From contig JBFWJC010000005.1 of the NCBI GenBank assembly GCA_050253415.1, positions 136,984-200,983 of the forward strand: a stretch of 64,000 bases of DNA, in the 5' to 3' direction. The DNA comes from Pedobacter sp. (GTDB lineage Bacteria > Desulfobacterota > Desulfuromonadia > Desulfuromonadales > Syntrophotaleaceae). Numbering within the stretch: position 1 is the first letter of the stretch; each line of letters starts with the position of its first letter. Positions 1-10,699 of this stretch are shown one piece after another. The translations under genes were made by a program, and so were the position numbers. The notes below the pieces were generated by a model that worked only from the letters and a program-made list of their open reading frames with translations, was not told the DNA's origin and did no database searches.

Positions 1-654
1 CAGGTGAAACTCATCGCTTAGGTCCCGCCCAAGTGGACGAATTTCCTCGCCAACTCTTCGAAAGGTCATATCCAGACCAAGGCCGGCTTCGACACATACA
101 ACCATCAGGTCAAGGGCATCAGGCAGCGCACGAAGAATGCGCCCTTGCCGAGATCTCGTGGCAAACCCTAGTATGGTGTCGGGTAGACCGAAGCCAATGA
201 TGACCAACAGCAGACATAGCAAGACAAATTGCAGGTCAATGGTAAAGAAAAAGCGAGAAATCAGATAGGAAAGAGGCAGCAATACGCCCAGCAGAATCTT
301 GGCGCCAATGAAATTGTAGTAAGCTGCATTAGAGCGCCATCCGGCTTGAATAAGGCGCAACCGAACTGCCTTGTTCATGGCACCGGGTTTATGTGCAACA
401 ATATCGTCAATCGGCTTGGCAAAACGGGTTACAAAATTATTGGCATTGCCTTCGAGCAATTTAGGTTTATGTTTTATGGTTGTTTTGGCATTAGGCAGTA
501 GTTTTTCCAGTCGCTGTTCCTCTCGCGATTTGCGGGTAAGCAACAGGTAAATGGCCAAAACAATAAAAGCAACGGTTAAAAATGTAAGGATAAGCACTGC
601 CCAATAACCAGCATTATCAAGCAATCGGTAATAAATATTTAAAACGGTATTCAT
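1..654 (-). CDS. tadC: Tad pilus inner-membrane protein TadC (T2SS F family), 3' end runs off the window
   Basis: Manual translation from ATG at 654 (GGAGG RBS at 661-665): MNTVLNIYY...RALPDALDLMVVCVEAGLGLDMTFRRVGEEIRPL, the typical TadC motif. Lies directly downstream of tadB. Not in the ORF track because it has no stop in the window. Confidence 0.88.
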   Translation of the reverse strand, partial: MNTVLNIYYRLLDNAGYWAVLILTFLTVAFIVLAIYLLLTRKSREEQRLEKLLPNAKTTIKHKPKLLEGNANNFVTRFAKPIDDIVAHKPGAMNKAVRLRLIQAGWRSNAAYYNFIGAKILLGVLLPLSYLISRFFFTIDLQFVLLCLLLVIIGFGLPDTILGFATRSRQGRILRALPDALDLMVVCVEAGLGLDMTFRRVGEEIRPLGRDLSDEFHL

Positions 655-665
655 ACAGCGCCTCC

Positions 666-1643
666 TTATAGCTCGATGGTGACAATCTTTTTGATAACGA
701 AGGCACCCAAAATCTGGAGAACAATGGCCCCTGCCAGCATATATTGACCGATTTCATCGGTCCAGAGAAGAGTCAGATATTTATGGTTGATAAAAAATAT
801 GTAGGCGAATAAAGCTATGGGTAGCCCTATAAGGACCATAGCTGACAAGCGACCCTCTGCGGTCAAGGCTTTAACCTGCCGCTTGAATTGGATACGCTCC
901 CGGATAAGGCGGCTGATGTTATCGAGGATCTCTGCTACATTGCCGCCTGTTTCACGTTGAATGATAACCGAAATGGCGAAAAATCTGAGGTCTGTACTGG
1001 GAACGCGCTCGCAAAGGTTTTCAAATGCCTCTTCAAAAGTAAGTCCCAGGTTGATTTCATCGACCGCCGCACCAAATTCCACGCTGATGGGAGCCTCCAT
1101 TTCATCGGAGACCATCTCTAGCCCCGAGGTCATGGCGTGACCTGAACGAAGTGCCCGCGCCAAAAGATCCAGTGCCTCAGGGAGTTGGTCCTGAAACTTA
1201 TTGATATATGCCTTTTCGGCCAGTTTGAGATAGCCAAAGGGTAGGCAAGTTACGAGTATGGAGAGAATAATTGTCATTAATAGGAAAGGCGAATACTTTA
1301 GGCCTAGTAATAGGGCGATCAGGCCTAACGATAAACTGACCAGTACAAAAACGCTGGCATTGAAGGGCAGGTTTGATTTGACCAGCATTCGGTCCAGCAG
1401 GCTTACGCGAGGCATTTTCAAGGCCAGTTTCTGTATGCCTCCCGCGTCGCGCAAGATTTTGTCACGATAATTGAGTAATTTGTCGCGACCGTGCTTCCCG
1501 CCAGCAGAAATGTACAACAACCGCTTTTTGATGGCTTTTTTTTCGACAAAACGGCTTTCCGTCCACGCCATAAACAGGAGTATGACTATTGACGCGGCGA
1601 ACAGGAAGACTGTGGCCATTATGAGTGTGTCAAGAAGATCCAT
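666..1643 (-). CDS. tadB: Tad pilus inner-membrane protein TadB
   Basis: FQDQLPEALDLLARALRSGH and IQRETGGNVAEILDNIS motifs, TM segments, follows tadA. Confidence 0.92.
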   Translation of the reverse strand: MDLLDTLIMATVFLFAASIVILLFMAWTESRFVEKKAIKKRLLYISAGGKHGRDKLLNYRDKILRDAGGIQKLALKMPRVSLLDRMLVKSNLPFNASVFVLVSLSLGLIALLLGLKYSPFLLMTIILSILVTCLPFGYLKLAEKAYINKFQDQLPEALDLLARALRSGHAMTSGLEMVSDEMEAPISVEFGAAVDEINLGLTFEEAFENLCERVPSTDLRFFAISVIIQRETGGNVAEILDNISRLIRERIQFKRQVKALTAEGRLSAMVLIGLPIALFAYIFFINHKYLTLLWTDEIGQYMLAGAIVLQILGAFVIKKIVTIEL

Positions 1644-1652
1644 GTTGCCTCC

Positions 1653-3008
1653 TTATTCGAAATACTTGTGGGCAAAGAACAGATCTTCAGAGATTTCGAT
1701 GCCGGCCATTTCTAACTTATCTGCGAATTTAGGACGAATGCCCGTAGCATGGAATCGTCCTATTACCTTGCCGTTGGCATCGACTCCCTGGCGTTCGAAA
1801 ACAAAGATATCCTGCAGGGTGATAACTTCACCCTCCATCCCGACAACTTCGGCAATGGACGTTACCTTTCGAGTTCCGTCCGCCAGACGCGATACCTGTA
1901 CGATCATATCGATAGCCGATGAGATCATGAAGCGCATGGCATGCTCCGGCAGGTTGACACCGGTCATAAGAATCATCGACTCCAGTCGTGTGAGAGAGTC
2001 CCGGGGCGAGTTGGAGTGAATGGTGGTCAACGAACCTTCATGACCTGTATTCATGGCTTGAAGCATGTCAAAGGCTTCCGACCCTCGGACCTCGCCGACG
2101 ATGATTCGATCAGGGCGCATACGAAGACTGTTGCGAACCAGGTCACGCTGCGTCACCATTCCCGAGCCTTCAATGCTGGCCGGACGGGTTTCAAGTCGCA
2201 CGACATGCTCCTGTTGCATCTGTAGTTCGGCAGAGTCTTCGATCGTGATAATGCGTTCATTGCCAGGGATATAACCCGACATGATATTAAGAAGAGTTGT
2301 TTTACCTGCACCCGTACCACCGGAAATCATGATGTTCAGCTTAGCCTTGACGCTGCCTGCCAGCAGGGTGGCAATGTCGGGCGTTAACGTTTTGAAGTTA
2401 ACCAGATCGTCCATTTTTAGGGGATTGACGGAGAAACGCCGGATAGAAAGGATCGGCCCGTCAAGTGCCAGGGGTGGGATAATGGCATTAACACGCGAAC
2501 CGTCTGCGAGTCTCGCGTCGACCATGGGGGATGATTCATCGATCCGGCGCCCAACCCGCGAAATAATACGGTCGATGATATTCATCAAGTGAGCGTTGTC
2601 GATGAACCGGGCAGGGGTCTTTTCCAGCAATCCCCGACGTTCTACATAAATGTCTTTATAGGTATTGCACAAGATGTCTGAAACGGTTGGATCTTTAAAG
2701 AATGGTTCGATCGGCCCCAGACCGGTGAGTTCATCAAGTATCTCGAGGATCAGAGCATTATGTTCCTCTTCGTTTAAAAGGAGCTGTTCTTCCCGCAGGA
2801 AATAGTCGACGATCTTTCCGATCTCTTCCTTGACTTCGGTTTGATCCAGATCGTCCAGTGCTGCAAGGTTAGCTTCTTCAACGAATCGGTTGTGGATCTT
2901 GTGTTTTATCTCGTAAAAGAAGGAATCACGTTCGCCATTGGGTCGGTGGGTATCCGGGTTGCTTGGCGAAACAGGCTTGCCTGAAGAAAACATATCTTTT
3001 ATGGCCAC
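1653..3008 (-). CDS. tadA: Tad/Flp pilus assembly ATPase CpaF/TadA
   Basis: Walker [42 protein letters not shown]. Confidence 0.95.
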   Translation of the reverse strand: MAIKDMFSSGKPVSPSNPDTHRPNGERDSFFYEIKHKIHNRFVEEANLAALDDLDQTEVKEEIGKIVDYFLREEQLLLNEEEHNALILEILDELTGLGPIEPFFKDPTVSDILCNTYKDIYVERRGLLEKTPARFIDNAHLMNIIDRIISRVGRRIDESSPMVDARLADGSRVNAIIPPLALDGPILSIRRFSVNPLKMDDLVNFKTLTPDIATLLAGSVKAKLNIMISGGTGAGKTTLLNIMSGYIPGNERIITIEDSAELQMQQEHVVRLETRPASIEGSGMVTQRDLVRNSLRMRPDRIIVGEVRGSEAFDMLQAMNTGHEGSLTTIHSNSPRDSLTRLESMILMTGVNLPEHAMRFMISSAIDMIVQVSRLADGTRKVTSIAEVVGMEGEVITLQDIFVFERQGVDANGKVIGRFHATGIRPKFADKLEMAGIEISEDLFFAHKYFE

Positions 3009-3160
3009 ATCGTCCTCCTATGTCATGTTATTCAGGTTGATCGTGCCCGAACTGAAGGAGTTTTCGATTCCTGGATTTCATCTCACCCTAATGCATACCT
3101 TTGTGCACCTACTTTGAAGGAAATATGAGGTGCTGTGCTTCAGTCCGTTAATCTGACCAG

Positions 3161-4339
3161 TTAAATTGCTTTTCCGAAAGTGCCTCGTATACCTCGGAAC
3201 GCATGGGAACTCTCGGGTGATTTTACCTTTTCGACAAATTGGGCGATATTTTTCGCCAGAGGCAGACCGGAGTTACCTATAAGAAGTGGCTCCCCCTTGT
3301 TGATGGAGGAAACAACTCCTTTAAAATCATTGGGGAACAACCAGTAGGCCTTTTTGTCCAGGTTTTTTTCGACATCAGCGAGGCTGAGAGCTCCTCCTTT
3401 GATAACCCGGTTCACAACAATTTCTATGTGTTTGGCATCAATACCAATTTTTCCCATCAACTTGATAAGCCGTGAACAGTTACGGATAGCCGGAACCGAC
3501 ATGTCCGTAACAAGAAATATGGTTTCGGAGGCATTGAAGATTTCTATATTACACTCATTGATCGACATGGATGTACAATCCACAATAACCTGATCGTATA
3601 TTTTTTTAGCAAGATCCAGAACATGGGAAACATGGGTCCCGTTTATGGTGTCGTAATCCTCAGGGTTATTAGGGGCTGCCATGAACTCCAGTCCCGTAGC
3701 ATGCTTGGTCATCGCTGCCAGTAGAAAAGAGCTGTCGAGACGATGGTAATTCCTTACGACATCGCTCATTGTGGTCTGGGGATATAGATCAAGTAATACC
3801 GTTGCATCGCCGGATTGGAAACTCATATCGAACAGGGCTACACGCGATTGTTTGTCCTTTGCCATGGCGCAAGCGCTGTTGACTGATAACACCGTTGAAC
3901 CAAGGCCGCCTTTGCTGCTGATAAAACTGTAAACCGAACCCCGGGATATCTGTCCCGAAGTAGCAAGTCGTGCGCGAACCTCTTCGATGGCATTTTTAAA
4001 TATCTTATCGTTGATAGGGGTTACCAGATATTCGGATACACCCGCCTTCATGACTTCAACTATATGCTGAGGAAACTGATTTCCCGATACAACAAACACT
4101 GCAGCATGAGGGAAATTCTGTCGAATCGGCTTGAGTCGATTGAAAAGAGACGGCCCTTCAGTCGGATCATCGAGCAAAATGATATCCGGTGAGCCCTTGA
4201 CGGCTAGCGAGCCTTTTTCTCCAGCCGAATCAAACCACTGGGTCATTTCCAGATTGGGAATTTCCCGTAATTTTTCCTGGAGCATGTGGACAAGGCGACT
4301 GTCCGCTATTTCAATCGCTATAAGAAGTTTTCGTGGCAT
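3161..4339 (-). CDS. cpaE: CpaE/TadZ-like protein: N-terminal receiver domain plus MinD/ParA-type ATPase
   Basis: Receiver-like PDIILLD...VMKAGVSEYLVTP, deviant Walker A SKGGLGST, position in tad operon. Confidence 0.85.
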   Translation of the reverse strand: MPRKLLIAIEIADSRLVHMLQEKLREIPNLEMTQWFDSAGEKGSLAVKGSPDIILLDDPTEGPSLFNRLKPIRQNFPHAAVFVVSGNQFPQHIVEVMKAGVSEYLVTPINDKIFKNAIEEVRARLATSGQISRGSVYSFISSKGGLGSTVLSVNSACAMAKDKQSRVALFDMSFQSGDATVLLDLYPQTTMSDVVRNYHRLDSSFLLAAMTKHATGLEFMAAPNNPEDYDTINGTHVSHVLDLAKKIYDQVIVDCTSMSINECNIEIFNASETIFLVTDMSVPAIRNCSRLIKLMGKIGIDAKHIEIVVNRVIKGGALSLADVEKNLDKKAYWLFPNDFKGVVSSINKGEPLLIGNSGLPLAKNIAQFVEKVKSPESSHAFRGIRGTFGKAI

Positions 4340-4381
4340 GAAACACCTTTAAGTTGTTGAAACAAGTGTGTAGAGAACTTT

Positions 4382-5659
4382 TCAATCTACCAATACGGGA
4401 ATTTTAGCCAAGACGCCAAAATTGGGTCCACCGGTCACTCCGGTAGGAGTGATTTTTTCGCATGACGGTAGGAAAAAAATGTTCTTCTTCTGGTACATTT
4501 GCTCATAGTCTTCATCGGACTGAGGCGGGCCGGTAACGTTTGCCAGGTTGAAATGGTCTACGAAACTTTTCCAACAATCAAATCCGGGAGTACTTGCGGG
4601 ACATGACCAGTCTTCCATTTCCCTGGGTACATCAGCATAAGATGTATCATTGTCACGCAAAATCCAGACAATGTTGACATTAACCGCGCCAACCAGGTTT
4701 GAACAATTACTGACATTATTGCTGGGGCATTGGATAACCGGCAGGGTCATGTTCCAGATGCTGGTCTTATTGGTCGCTGCTTCCCAGCAGTCGGCCAGAT
4801 CCCTGAATACAACATCCTGAACACCTCCGACGGCACCAATACCCGCACCGAATTTCATTTCATCAGGATTGCCGTCTCCACAGATAAGAGATTTCATCTC
4901 GTTGGAATTGGCAGTTGCGCATGGTTGCGAAAAGTTGGTCCAGCCGCCTGTATTGGCAGTATTGAGATTGGCGCCACTGTTGAGCATTCGGCCCATATTG
5001 CAGTTGTAATCGCCATCCTCATCAACGATAGATTCTTCGCATATGGCAATGGGTTGATCAATTTCGCCAGGATTGATGGAGCCTGCGAACCCGAGGTAGG
5101 CAATGGCTTCTGCGGTGATGCCAAAATTTTCAAAACCGAAAATCTGTGCGAAGTAGGACGCTGCAGGCTTATCTTGCCGCCGGACTTTTACTTTTACTGC
5201 ATTGATGAAACCACCATTGATATTTGGGTCAGGATTATCGAGTTCTTCCTTCGTATAGCTTCCGATATCGATGGCCGTCAAGGAATCGTTCGGCGTGAAC
5301 TGCCTCGTGGAGAAACTCCAGTGTCCCCTTTGGACATCTCCTGAGTTGCTAACGGCGTTGTAGATCAACTCGACAGGAATATTTTCGCTAAGATTGGCAA
5401 TTGCCGTATTATAGGCTTCAGTGTTAGCTCCCGGATTAACCGACTCACCATCGGCAATATAGAGCACCCGTGCACCGTATAAGGCCCCTGCATCCGCAGC
5501 GTTTTGAAGTTCATTGCGAACGACATAGACGTGATAAACATCAATGGCAAGTGCCGCTATGCCTAGAAACAAGACAGTAAGGATTGCCACCAATACGATG
5601 ACTACTCCATTTTGATTATCTCTTAAAGTCCAGATAGGTCGTTTCATGGATTGCCTCAC
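4382..5659 (-). CDS. tadG: TadG-like pilus assembly protein / minor pilin
   Basis: N-terminal QNGVVIVLVAIL...LAIDV...ELQNAADAGALYGA Tad motif, Cys-rich C-terminal domain. Confidence 0.8.
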   Translation of the reverse strand: MRQSMKRPIWTLRDNQNGVVIVLVAILTVLFLGIAALAIDVYHVYVVRNELQNAADAGALYGARVLYIADGESVNPGANTEAYNTAIANLSENIPVELIYNAVSNSGDVQRGHWSFSTRQFTPNDSLTAIDIGSYTKEELDNPDPNINGGFINAVKVKVRRQDKPAASYFAQIFGFENFGITAEAIAYLGFAGSINPGEIDQPIAICEESIVDEDGDYNCNMGRMLNSGANLNTANTGGWTNFSQPCATANSNEMKSLICGDGNPDEMKFGAGIGAVGGVQDVVFRDLADCWEAATNKTSIWNMTLPVIQCPSNNVSNCSNLVGAVNVNIVWILRDNDTSYADVPREMEDWSCPASTPGFDCWKSFVDHFNLANVTGPPQSDEDYEQMYQKKNIFFLPSCEKITPTGVTGGPNFGVLAKIPVLVD

Positions 5660-5668
5660 TCTTGAGTT

Positions 5669-6124
5669 CTACTCGGCTCGCATGCTGGTTTTGCCAGTAA
5701 GCTTAATTGTTTCAGGCAAACCGGCAATGGAGGGCAAAAAGAGAAAATTGTAATCATATTGTATTTTCACAAGAATGTAATCACCCTGTGCAATCGATAC
5801 TTCTCCATCGGAGCTGTTCGGATCAATGGTAAGGTTTTCGGTGCCAAAAGATACAAGCCTCAGGTCGGTATTAGTAGGGTAGTTGGTATAAAGGTATTGA
5901 TTGACTGCATCCTCTACTGCAGGGCCTGAATAAATACGATTGTCGTCGCTATCGGTTTGGAAAACAATCGCTCTTCGTGCGCCTTCCCGGCTTGCATTGG
6001 TAAGTATAGCCTGGTTGTAAAAGATAAAACCAAACTCGATAATGCCGAATACAATCAGGAGCAGCAGGGGGAGGATGACCGCGAATTCAACAACAGCCGC
6101 TCCTTTTTGAGATTGCAATTTCAT
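5669..6124 (-). CDS. tadE: TadE-like pseudopilin
   Basis: QKGAAVVEFAVILPLLLLIVFGIIEFG...ASREGARRA. Confidence 0.9.
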   Translation of the reverse strand: MKLQSQKGAAVVEFAVILPLLLLIVFGIIEFGFIFYNQAILTNASREGARRAIVFQTDSDDNRIYSGPAVEDAVNQYLYTNYPTNTDLRLVSFGTENLTIDPNSSDGEVSIAQGDYILVKIQYDYNFLFLPSIAGLPETIKLTGKTSMRAE

Positions 6125-6212
6125 AAGGCCACTCCTTTGCTAAGTTTCTTTGGTCGTAGATCTGTGTGTAGAGGGCTGCGATACCAATGGCATCGCAGCC
6201 TCGTTAGTTGCA

Positions 6213-6482
6213 TCACTGATTTAACCCGAAATTAATGATATTGACGTTTTCAGGTTTTTCAGCAAATGTTTCATTGTAGACCTTCATGATTTCCTCAGCG
6301 GTAATCCCGTCAAGATTTTCCGGTATTGTTGATGCGTACCTGTAGTCAGGATAGGCGACCTGTTGATCCCAGGCTGCCTGACTCTGCTGGCCGAAATCCC
6401 GGTCGACATAGTAGGCTTCCTGCATTGAGGCACATCCGGTCAGCAGGAGGATTGTCGCGATGGCAAAGCTTAGTTTTTTCAT
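6213..6482 (-). CDS. Small lipoprotein in the tad operon (possible pilotin or secretin partner)
   Basis: Lipobox LLLTGC, located immediately downstream of the secretin gene. Confidence 0.7.
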   Translation of the reverse strand: MKKLSFAIATILLLTGCASMQEAYYVDRDFGQQSQAAWDQQVAYPDYRYASTIPENLDGITAEEIMKVYNETFAEKPENVNIINFGLNQ

Positions 6483-6503
6483 TATGTTGACCCCCTTTGC
6501 TAT

Positions 6504-8060
6504 TTATTGTGCCGTCATCGGTTCGTGACCAAATTCGCCTTCGAGACCGCCTGTAGTTTCGGTTGCCTGGGGTGAGGAAGTGAAGCTGTGACGACTCATG
6601 TTGGATATATCATCCGGGAATCGCCGGCCCTCAAGGCGTCCTTCCAGGTAAAACTCCAAACTGTTTGGCGGTTGTAAATATTCGCCGGGGAAAGTTATGG
6701 ACCCTTCCTTGACGGGTTTTACAAGGTGAGGGGTGACCGCAATAAGCAGATCTGTTTTGTCCTGAGAGTAGCTGGTGCTGCGGAACAGAGCACCGATAAC
6801 CGGCAGGTCGCCGAGACCTGGTATTTTACTTACCGATTCGCGTAGGTTATCTTGCAGCAACCCAGCGAGGGCCAAGGTCTGCCCGTCATGAAGTTGAACG
6901 GTAGTTTCCAACTTACGGGTCGTCAAGTTAGGTACAACAAACTCGGCACCGACAATGCCAGAAGGAATGGTGCTGGTCGAGGCGATATCGCTGACGCTGG
7001 GAGCAACACGCAAGCTGATCTTGCCATCACTCATGACTACCGGGGTGAAGCGCAAGGCAACACCGAACTCACGGAATTCTATAGTCACCGTATCGTTGTC
7101 CTGGGGGACGGGTATGGGGAATTCCCCACCAGCCAGGAAACTGGCCTCCTGCCCACTGAGGGTTACAAGTCTCGGTTCGGCCAGAATACGGGCTAAGCCC
7201 TCATCCTCCAAAAAGCGTAGTGCAGAGGTAAAATCACCCAGTTGCAGGAAAATGTTGGCAGGGTTGGCAGAGGAAAAACTGGCGAAGTTCAACAGTACGC
7301 TGCCAAGAGTGCCGGCAGCAAACGAGCCACTGGAAGCATCGTCGATGCCGCCAACTCCGGCAATAACACCGGAGTTGTCACCCAAACCGGTAAAACCAAG
7401 AGCTGCCTGCCAGCCGCGCCCCGAGGAACGGGTGACTTCGGCGAATTTTACCTCCAACATGACCTGCTGGATACCGCCAATGGTTAACAGGTTGGTGATT
7501 CCGGCGCCTGATTGGCCGGTACCTTTGCTAGTTGTAGAAGCATCCGCTTTTTCTGGAAGAAATGTTTGCGTCAAACGGACAACCTGTTCGGCGACCTCAG
7601 GGCCGGATACGGTGCCCGAAAGAACAACGCCTGTTTCCGAAGCATGTACCTTGATGTCCTCCAGGGGATACAGCTGGCTAATTTTTTGTTTAAGGGGTGT
7701 CAGGTCGAGGTTGACACTGACATCAATGATGGCGCGCACTTGCCGGGAAGCATCGTCCCAAACTGTGACACGGGAAAAACCTATCTTTTTGCCCAGGTTA
7801 TAAATATTGACCAAGTTAGGCCGCAACGGCCTGGCGCCAATAATGTCGCCATTAGAGATAAGAATTTTCATTCTCTGGCTTGGCTCACGGATTTCTACCA
7901 GTTCCGATCCCCCGATATTGACATCAAGAGTCAGATGCTCTATTTCGTCAGCAGCGGCTGGGCCGGTGAACAGAGCCAGGCAAAACAGGCTCAAGAAGCA
8001 TATTGCCGGAAGAATAGCTCGGCGCATTGTCATGATGACCTCCCTTTTAATAAACCCCAT
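6504..8060 (-). CDS. rcpA: Tad secretin RcpA/CpaC
   Basis: Signal peptide, QVMLEVKFAEV, AEPRLVTLSGQEASFLAGGEFPIP, KIPGLGDLPVIGALFRS. True start may be a few codons downstream. Confidence 0.92.
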   Translation of the reverse strand: MGFIKREVIMTMRRAILPAICFLSLFCLALFTGPAAADEIEHLTLDVNIGGSELVEIREPSQRMKILISNGDIIGARPLRPNLVNIYNLGKKIGFSRVTVWDDASRQVRAIIDVSVNLDLTPLKQKISQLYPLEDIKVHASETGVVLSGTVSGPEVAEQVVRLTQTFLPEKADASTTSKGTGQSGAGITNLLTIGGIQQVMLEVKFAEVTRSSGRGWQAALGFTGLGDNSGVIAGVGGIDDASSGSFAAGTLGSVLLNFASFSSANPANIFLQLGDFTSALRFLEDEGLARILAEPRLVTLSGQEASFLAGGEFPIPVPQDNDTVTIEFREFGVALRFTPVVMSDGKISLRVAPSVSDIASTSTIPSGIVGAEFVVPNLTTRKLETTVQLHDGQTLALAGLLQDNLRESVSKIPGLGDLPVIGALFRSTSYSQDKTDLLIAVTPHLVKPVKEGSITFPGEYLQPPNSLEFYLEGRLEGRRFPDDISNMSRHSFTSSPQATETTGGLEGEFGHEPMTAQ

Positions 8061-8879
8061 TTATTTCGCTTTGAATTGATAATTTTCGGCGGGTTTTTCC
8101 CCTCGAATAACCTCGACTTCAAAAGTCGCCGGTGGCGGGGTGTAAACCCTTGGTTTTACACTGCGAACTGGTGCTCTTTTTACCACCTTTTTAACCGGTG
8201 GGGGAGTTTCTTTTTCATCTAGCGGGTTGCGAAGAACGAGTCGGATGGGGCCTTCATGAGTTTTTTCTGCGAGCAATTCCGCGTCATCGGGCGATAATTC
8301 CATGGTTACGGTACGAACCACTTTCGGTTTGCCTTCTTCGATGAATGTCTCCTGGGCAATCGCAAGAACTTCAACCTTGCGCAGGAAGGTTTCCGCAACT
8401 GTGTTGCGTTTTGACTTTTCGTCTATGGAGATGATATCGACAAAGGTGTTTGGCAGGATAAAACCACCAACCCCGACGACTTCATCAACCCTTATGGCCA
8501 TGGCACGCATACCAGGTTTTATAAGAGCTACAAGCCCGGCTCCGGAGTTGGGAGACGCCAGTTCGGCAGCCAGGATAGGAGTTCCGGTGACCATCTTGGA
8601 GACGGACACGCGGCCCGCCACTTGCTCCATGTCTTCAAAGGCACCTTTGGGGACACTGGCTTTGGGCCATTGCGCCAGGGCCAACTGTGTCTTGTCAAGA
8701 CGGGTCCCGATGTTGACATCCGTTGCCGCAACGACTATCTGCGTCATGGACATAGATGTTTCCGGGGTTACAGCAGTTTGAGACGCTTTGCTTGATAGCC
8801 ATTTGTTGACCAGAATGACCGCTATGACGCCGAAAATTACGGCCAGTGCCAGAGCGATGATCGTGCCATATTTTTTCAT
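8061..8879 (-). CDS. cpaB: Flp pilus assembly protein CpaB/RcpC
   Basis: N-terminal TM, SAF-like VVAATDVNIGT, GMRAMAIRVDEVVGVGGFILP, LVLRNP. Confidence 0.92.
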   Translation of the reverse strand: MKKYGTIIALALAVIFGVIAVILVNKWLSSKASQTAVTPETSMSMTQIVVAATDVNIGTRLDKTQLALAQWPKASVPKGAFEDMEQVAGRVSVSKMVTGTPILAAELASPNSGAGLVALIKPGMRAMAIRVDEVVGVGGFILPNTFVDIISIDEKSKRNTVAETFLRKVEVLAIAQETFIEEGKPKVVRTVTMELSPDDAELLAEKTHEGPIRLVLRNPLDEKETPPPVKKVVKRAPVRSVKPRVYTPPPATFEVEVIRGEKPAENYQFKAK

Positions 8880-8975
8880 ACTGGGCCTCCTGTGTAACTG
8901 AAAGGTAAAATCGGGTTGTCAACCCCTTGCAAATCCTCCGATAAAATTATCCGATGTTTGTGACGATAATGCTGT

Positions 8976-9584
8976 TTATAAAATGTCTCCCCAAAAGGTA
9001 AAGGCGAAAAATCCGAATGCTATGGCTGAAGCATAAGGAAATTTATATGTTTTTCGAATTTTCGGGTTTTTAAAGGATTTGTAGTCCTTGGTGAGGTAGA
9101 CGCTTTTAAGGGCCGCGGCATAGTGTCGCAGTTCTTTTCGAGTATCAGAAGACATGAGATGAAACATCAGCCCCAATAATCCCCCGATGATTCCCATGTA
9201 CAGAAATATTTGAAAGATTTTACCCGGGCCAAGTAGTGTACCTAGAGCTGCAAGGGCCTTGACATCGCCAGCTCCCATCCCTCCCATCATGAAAGGTACT
9301 ATAAGAAGAGCGAGGCCGACGGTAAGACCCGCAGCCGAAAAGACGATACCGGGCAAACCTGAGATGACGATGTTGTAAGTAATTCCTATAAGCATTAGGG
9401 GCAGTGTAACTAAATTCGGTATTTTGGAATAAAGGGTATCGGTACCACAAATAATAAATAAATAACCCGAGGCAGCCAGAATGAACACATTTGTTGGGTA
9501 GCGGTAAATGAATAACATGGCCATGATCATGGCCGTGAGACCAAGAGCATAACGTGTCATTTTAAATAGGTTTGGATTCTCCAT
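8976..9584 (-). CDS. tadV: A24-family prepilin peptidase TadV/CpaA
   Basis: TDTLYSKIPN and GMGAGDVKAL aspartate motifs, C-terminal FPYASAIAFG. Confidence 0.9.
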   Translation of the reverse strand: MENPNLFKMTRYALGLTAMIMAMLFIYRYPTNVFILAASGYLFIICGTDTLYSKIPNLVTLPLMLIGITYNIVISGLPGIVFSAAGLTVGLALLIVPFMMGGMGAGDVKALAALGTLLGPGKIFQIFLYMGIIGGLLGLMFHLMSSDTRKELRHYAAALKSVYLTKDYKSFKNPKIRKTYKFPYASAIAFGFFAFTFWGDIL

Positions 9585-9648
9585 TCAAGCTGCCTCGGAT
9601 TTAGGTCAAATTACAATTGCACTGTAAGTTTTAGGGAGAGTATTGATG

Positions 9649-9828
9649 TTAGTTTTCAGGTAAATTTTCCGCGATGTTGTTAAATGTGTTGTTGACTTTG
9701 TTGCCGAGCAAAGTGATTGCGCCAATGGCCACGATAATGATGAGCGCAAGCATTACGGCGTATTCAGTAGCGGTGGCTCCTTCTTCACTGCAAATCAGTT
9801 CCCTGCATTTCATGAGCATTCTTTTCAT
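9649..9828 (-). CDS. flp: Flp (type IVb/c) pilin, copy 1
   Basis: 59 aa from ATG 9828 after a GGAGG RBS, Flp motif EEGATATEYAVMLALI. Confidence 0.92.
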   Translation of the reverse strand: MKRMLMKCRELICSEEGATATEYAVMLALIIIVAIGAITLLGNKVNNTFNNIAENLPEN

Positions 9829-10005
9829 GGTTGATCCTCCTTCGGGCTTGTGTGGGTGGATGATTTTCAATAAATTCAACTTAAAATCATCCTCGACAAA
9901 CAGACGAACATTTTCTACCTAAGTTGCCTTTTAACCTGTGCCGTTCCTAGGAAAGGCCCAAGACCACTTGTTGGCTCAGTTTTTCGACTTAACCTCTTTA
10001 GTTTG

Positions 10006-10033
10006 AGATTAGCTTGGAATTTTGGCATGTCAA
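10006..10033 (-). promoter_or_regulatory. Putative sigma70 promoter of flp copy 1 and the tad operon
   Basis: TTGACA-N16-TAATCT on the minus strand. The same architecture recurs upstream of flp copy 2. Confidence 0.5.
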
Positions 10034-10396
10034 GGTAATCGGAAGGTTGAAAATCAATAGTTTTAGGTTGTTAAGGTGACTTTGCCGATAAAAAAAGTGT
10101 GCAATATCAGGTGGGATTTTGATCTCAACAACCTAAGTAATTATTTTATAAAGGAAAAATATAGATATTATGCTTTTTAGATGTGACGGGAGTTAAATCC
10201 AAAAACTAAAAAGGCGGTCTTTTAGCGGACCGAAAGTTTCGGCATTTCGATGTTTTTACTTTTTAAAGGAAAGGTCTGTATATTGCGTATACATGACCAT
10301 CAATGTATTACAAAAGAAGATTGTACCGAAAAATCAGTACAATCTTCTTTGGTCAAATCCTTTTTAGAGACACATATTATTTTTCAGGGGCAACCA

Positions 10397-10576
10397 TCAA
10401 TTCTCAGGTATTTGTTCCGCTATATTATTGAAAGTGTTATTGACCTTGTTGCCGAGAAGGGTAATCGCACCAATGGCGACAATAATTATCAACGCCAACA
10501 TGACAGCATACTCGGTGGCAGTTGCGCCTTCTTCACTAAAAGCCAGTTCCCGGCACTTATCAAAAATGTTTTTCAT
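10397..10576 (-). CDS. flp: Flp pilin, copy 2
   Basis: 59 aa from ATG 10576 after GGAGG. Mature region is nearly identical to copy 1. Confidence 0.92.
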   Translation of the reverse strand: MKNIFDKCRELAFSEEGATATEYAVMLALIIIVAIGAITLLGNKVNNTFNNIAEQIPEN

Positions 10577-10671
10577 TGTAGGACCTCCTTCATTTTGATT
10601 CATTTTGAATGTTCAAGGTCAAATAGAGCCCACTGCTAGAAATCTGTCTTATTAATTAACCGTTTTGCGCA

Positions 10672-10699
10672 ATGTTAGCGTGGATTTTTATGTTGTCAA
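10672..10699 (-). promoter_or_regulatory. Putative sigma70 promoter of flp copy 2
   Basis: TTGACA-N16-TAACAT on the minus strand. Confidence 0.5.

Noticed and set aside
229..501. 90-aa plus-strand ORF
   Set aside because: Antisense to the partial tadC, which has clear family motifs.
9900..10030. c-di-GMP-I (GEMM) riboswitch call
   Set aside because: I could not find the GNRA tetraloop/receptor and the conserved GCAAA/GGAAA junction in the right arrangement. Kept only as an unclassified structured leader.
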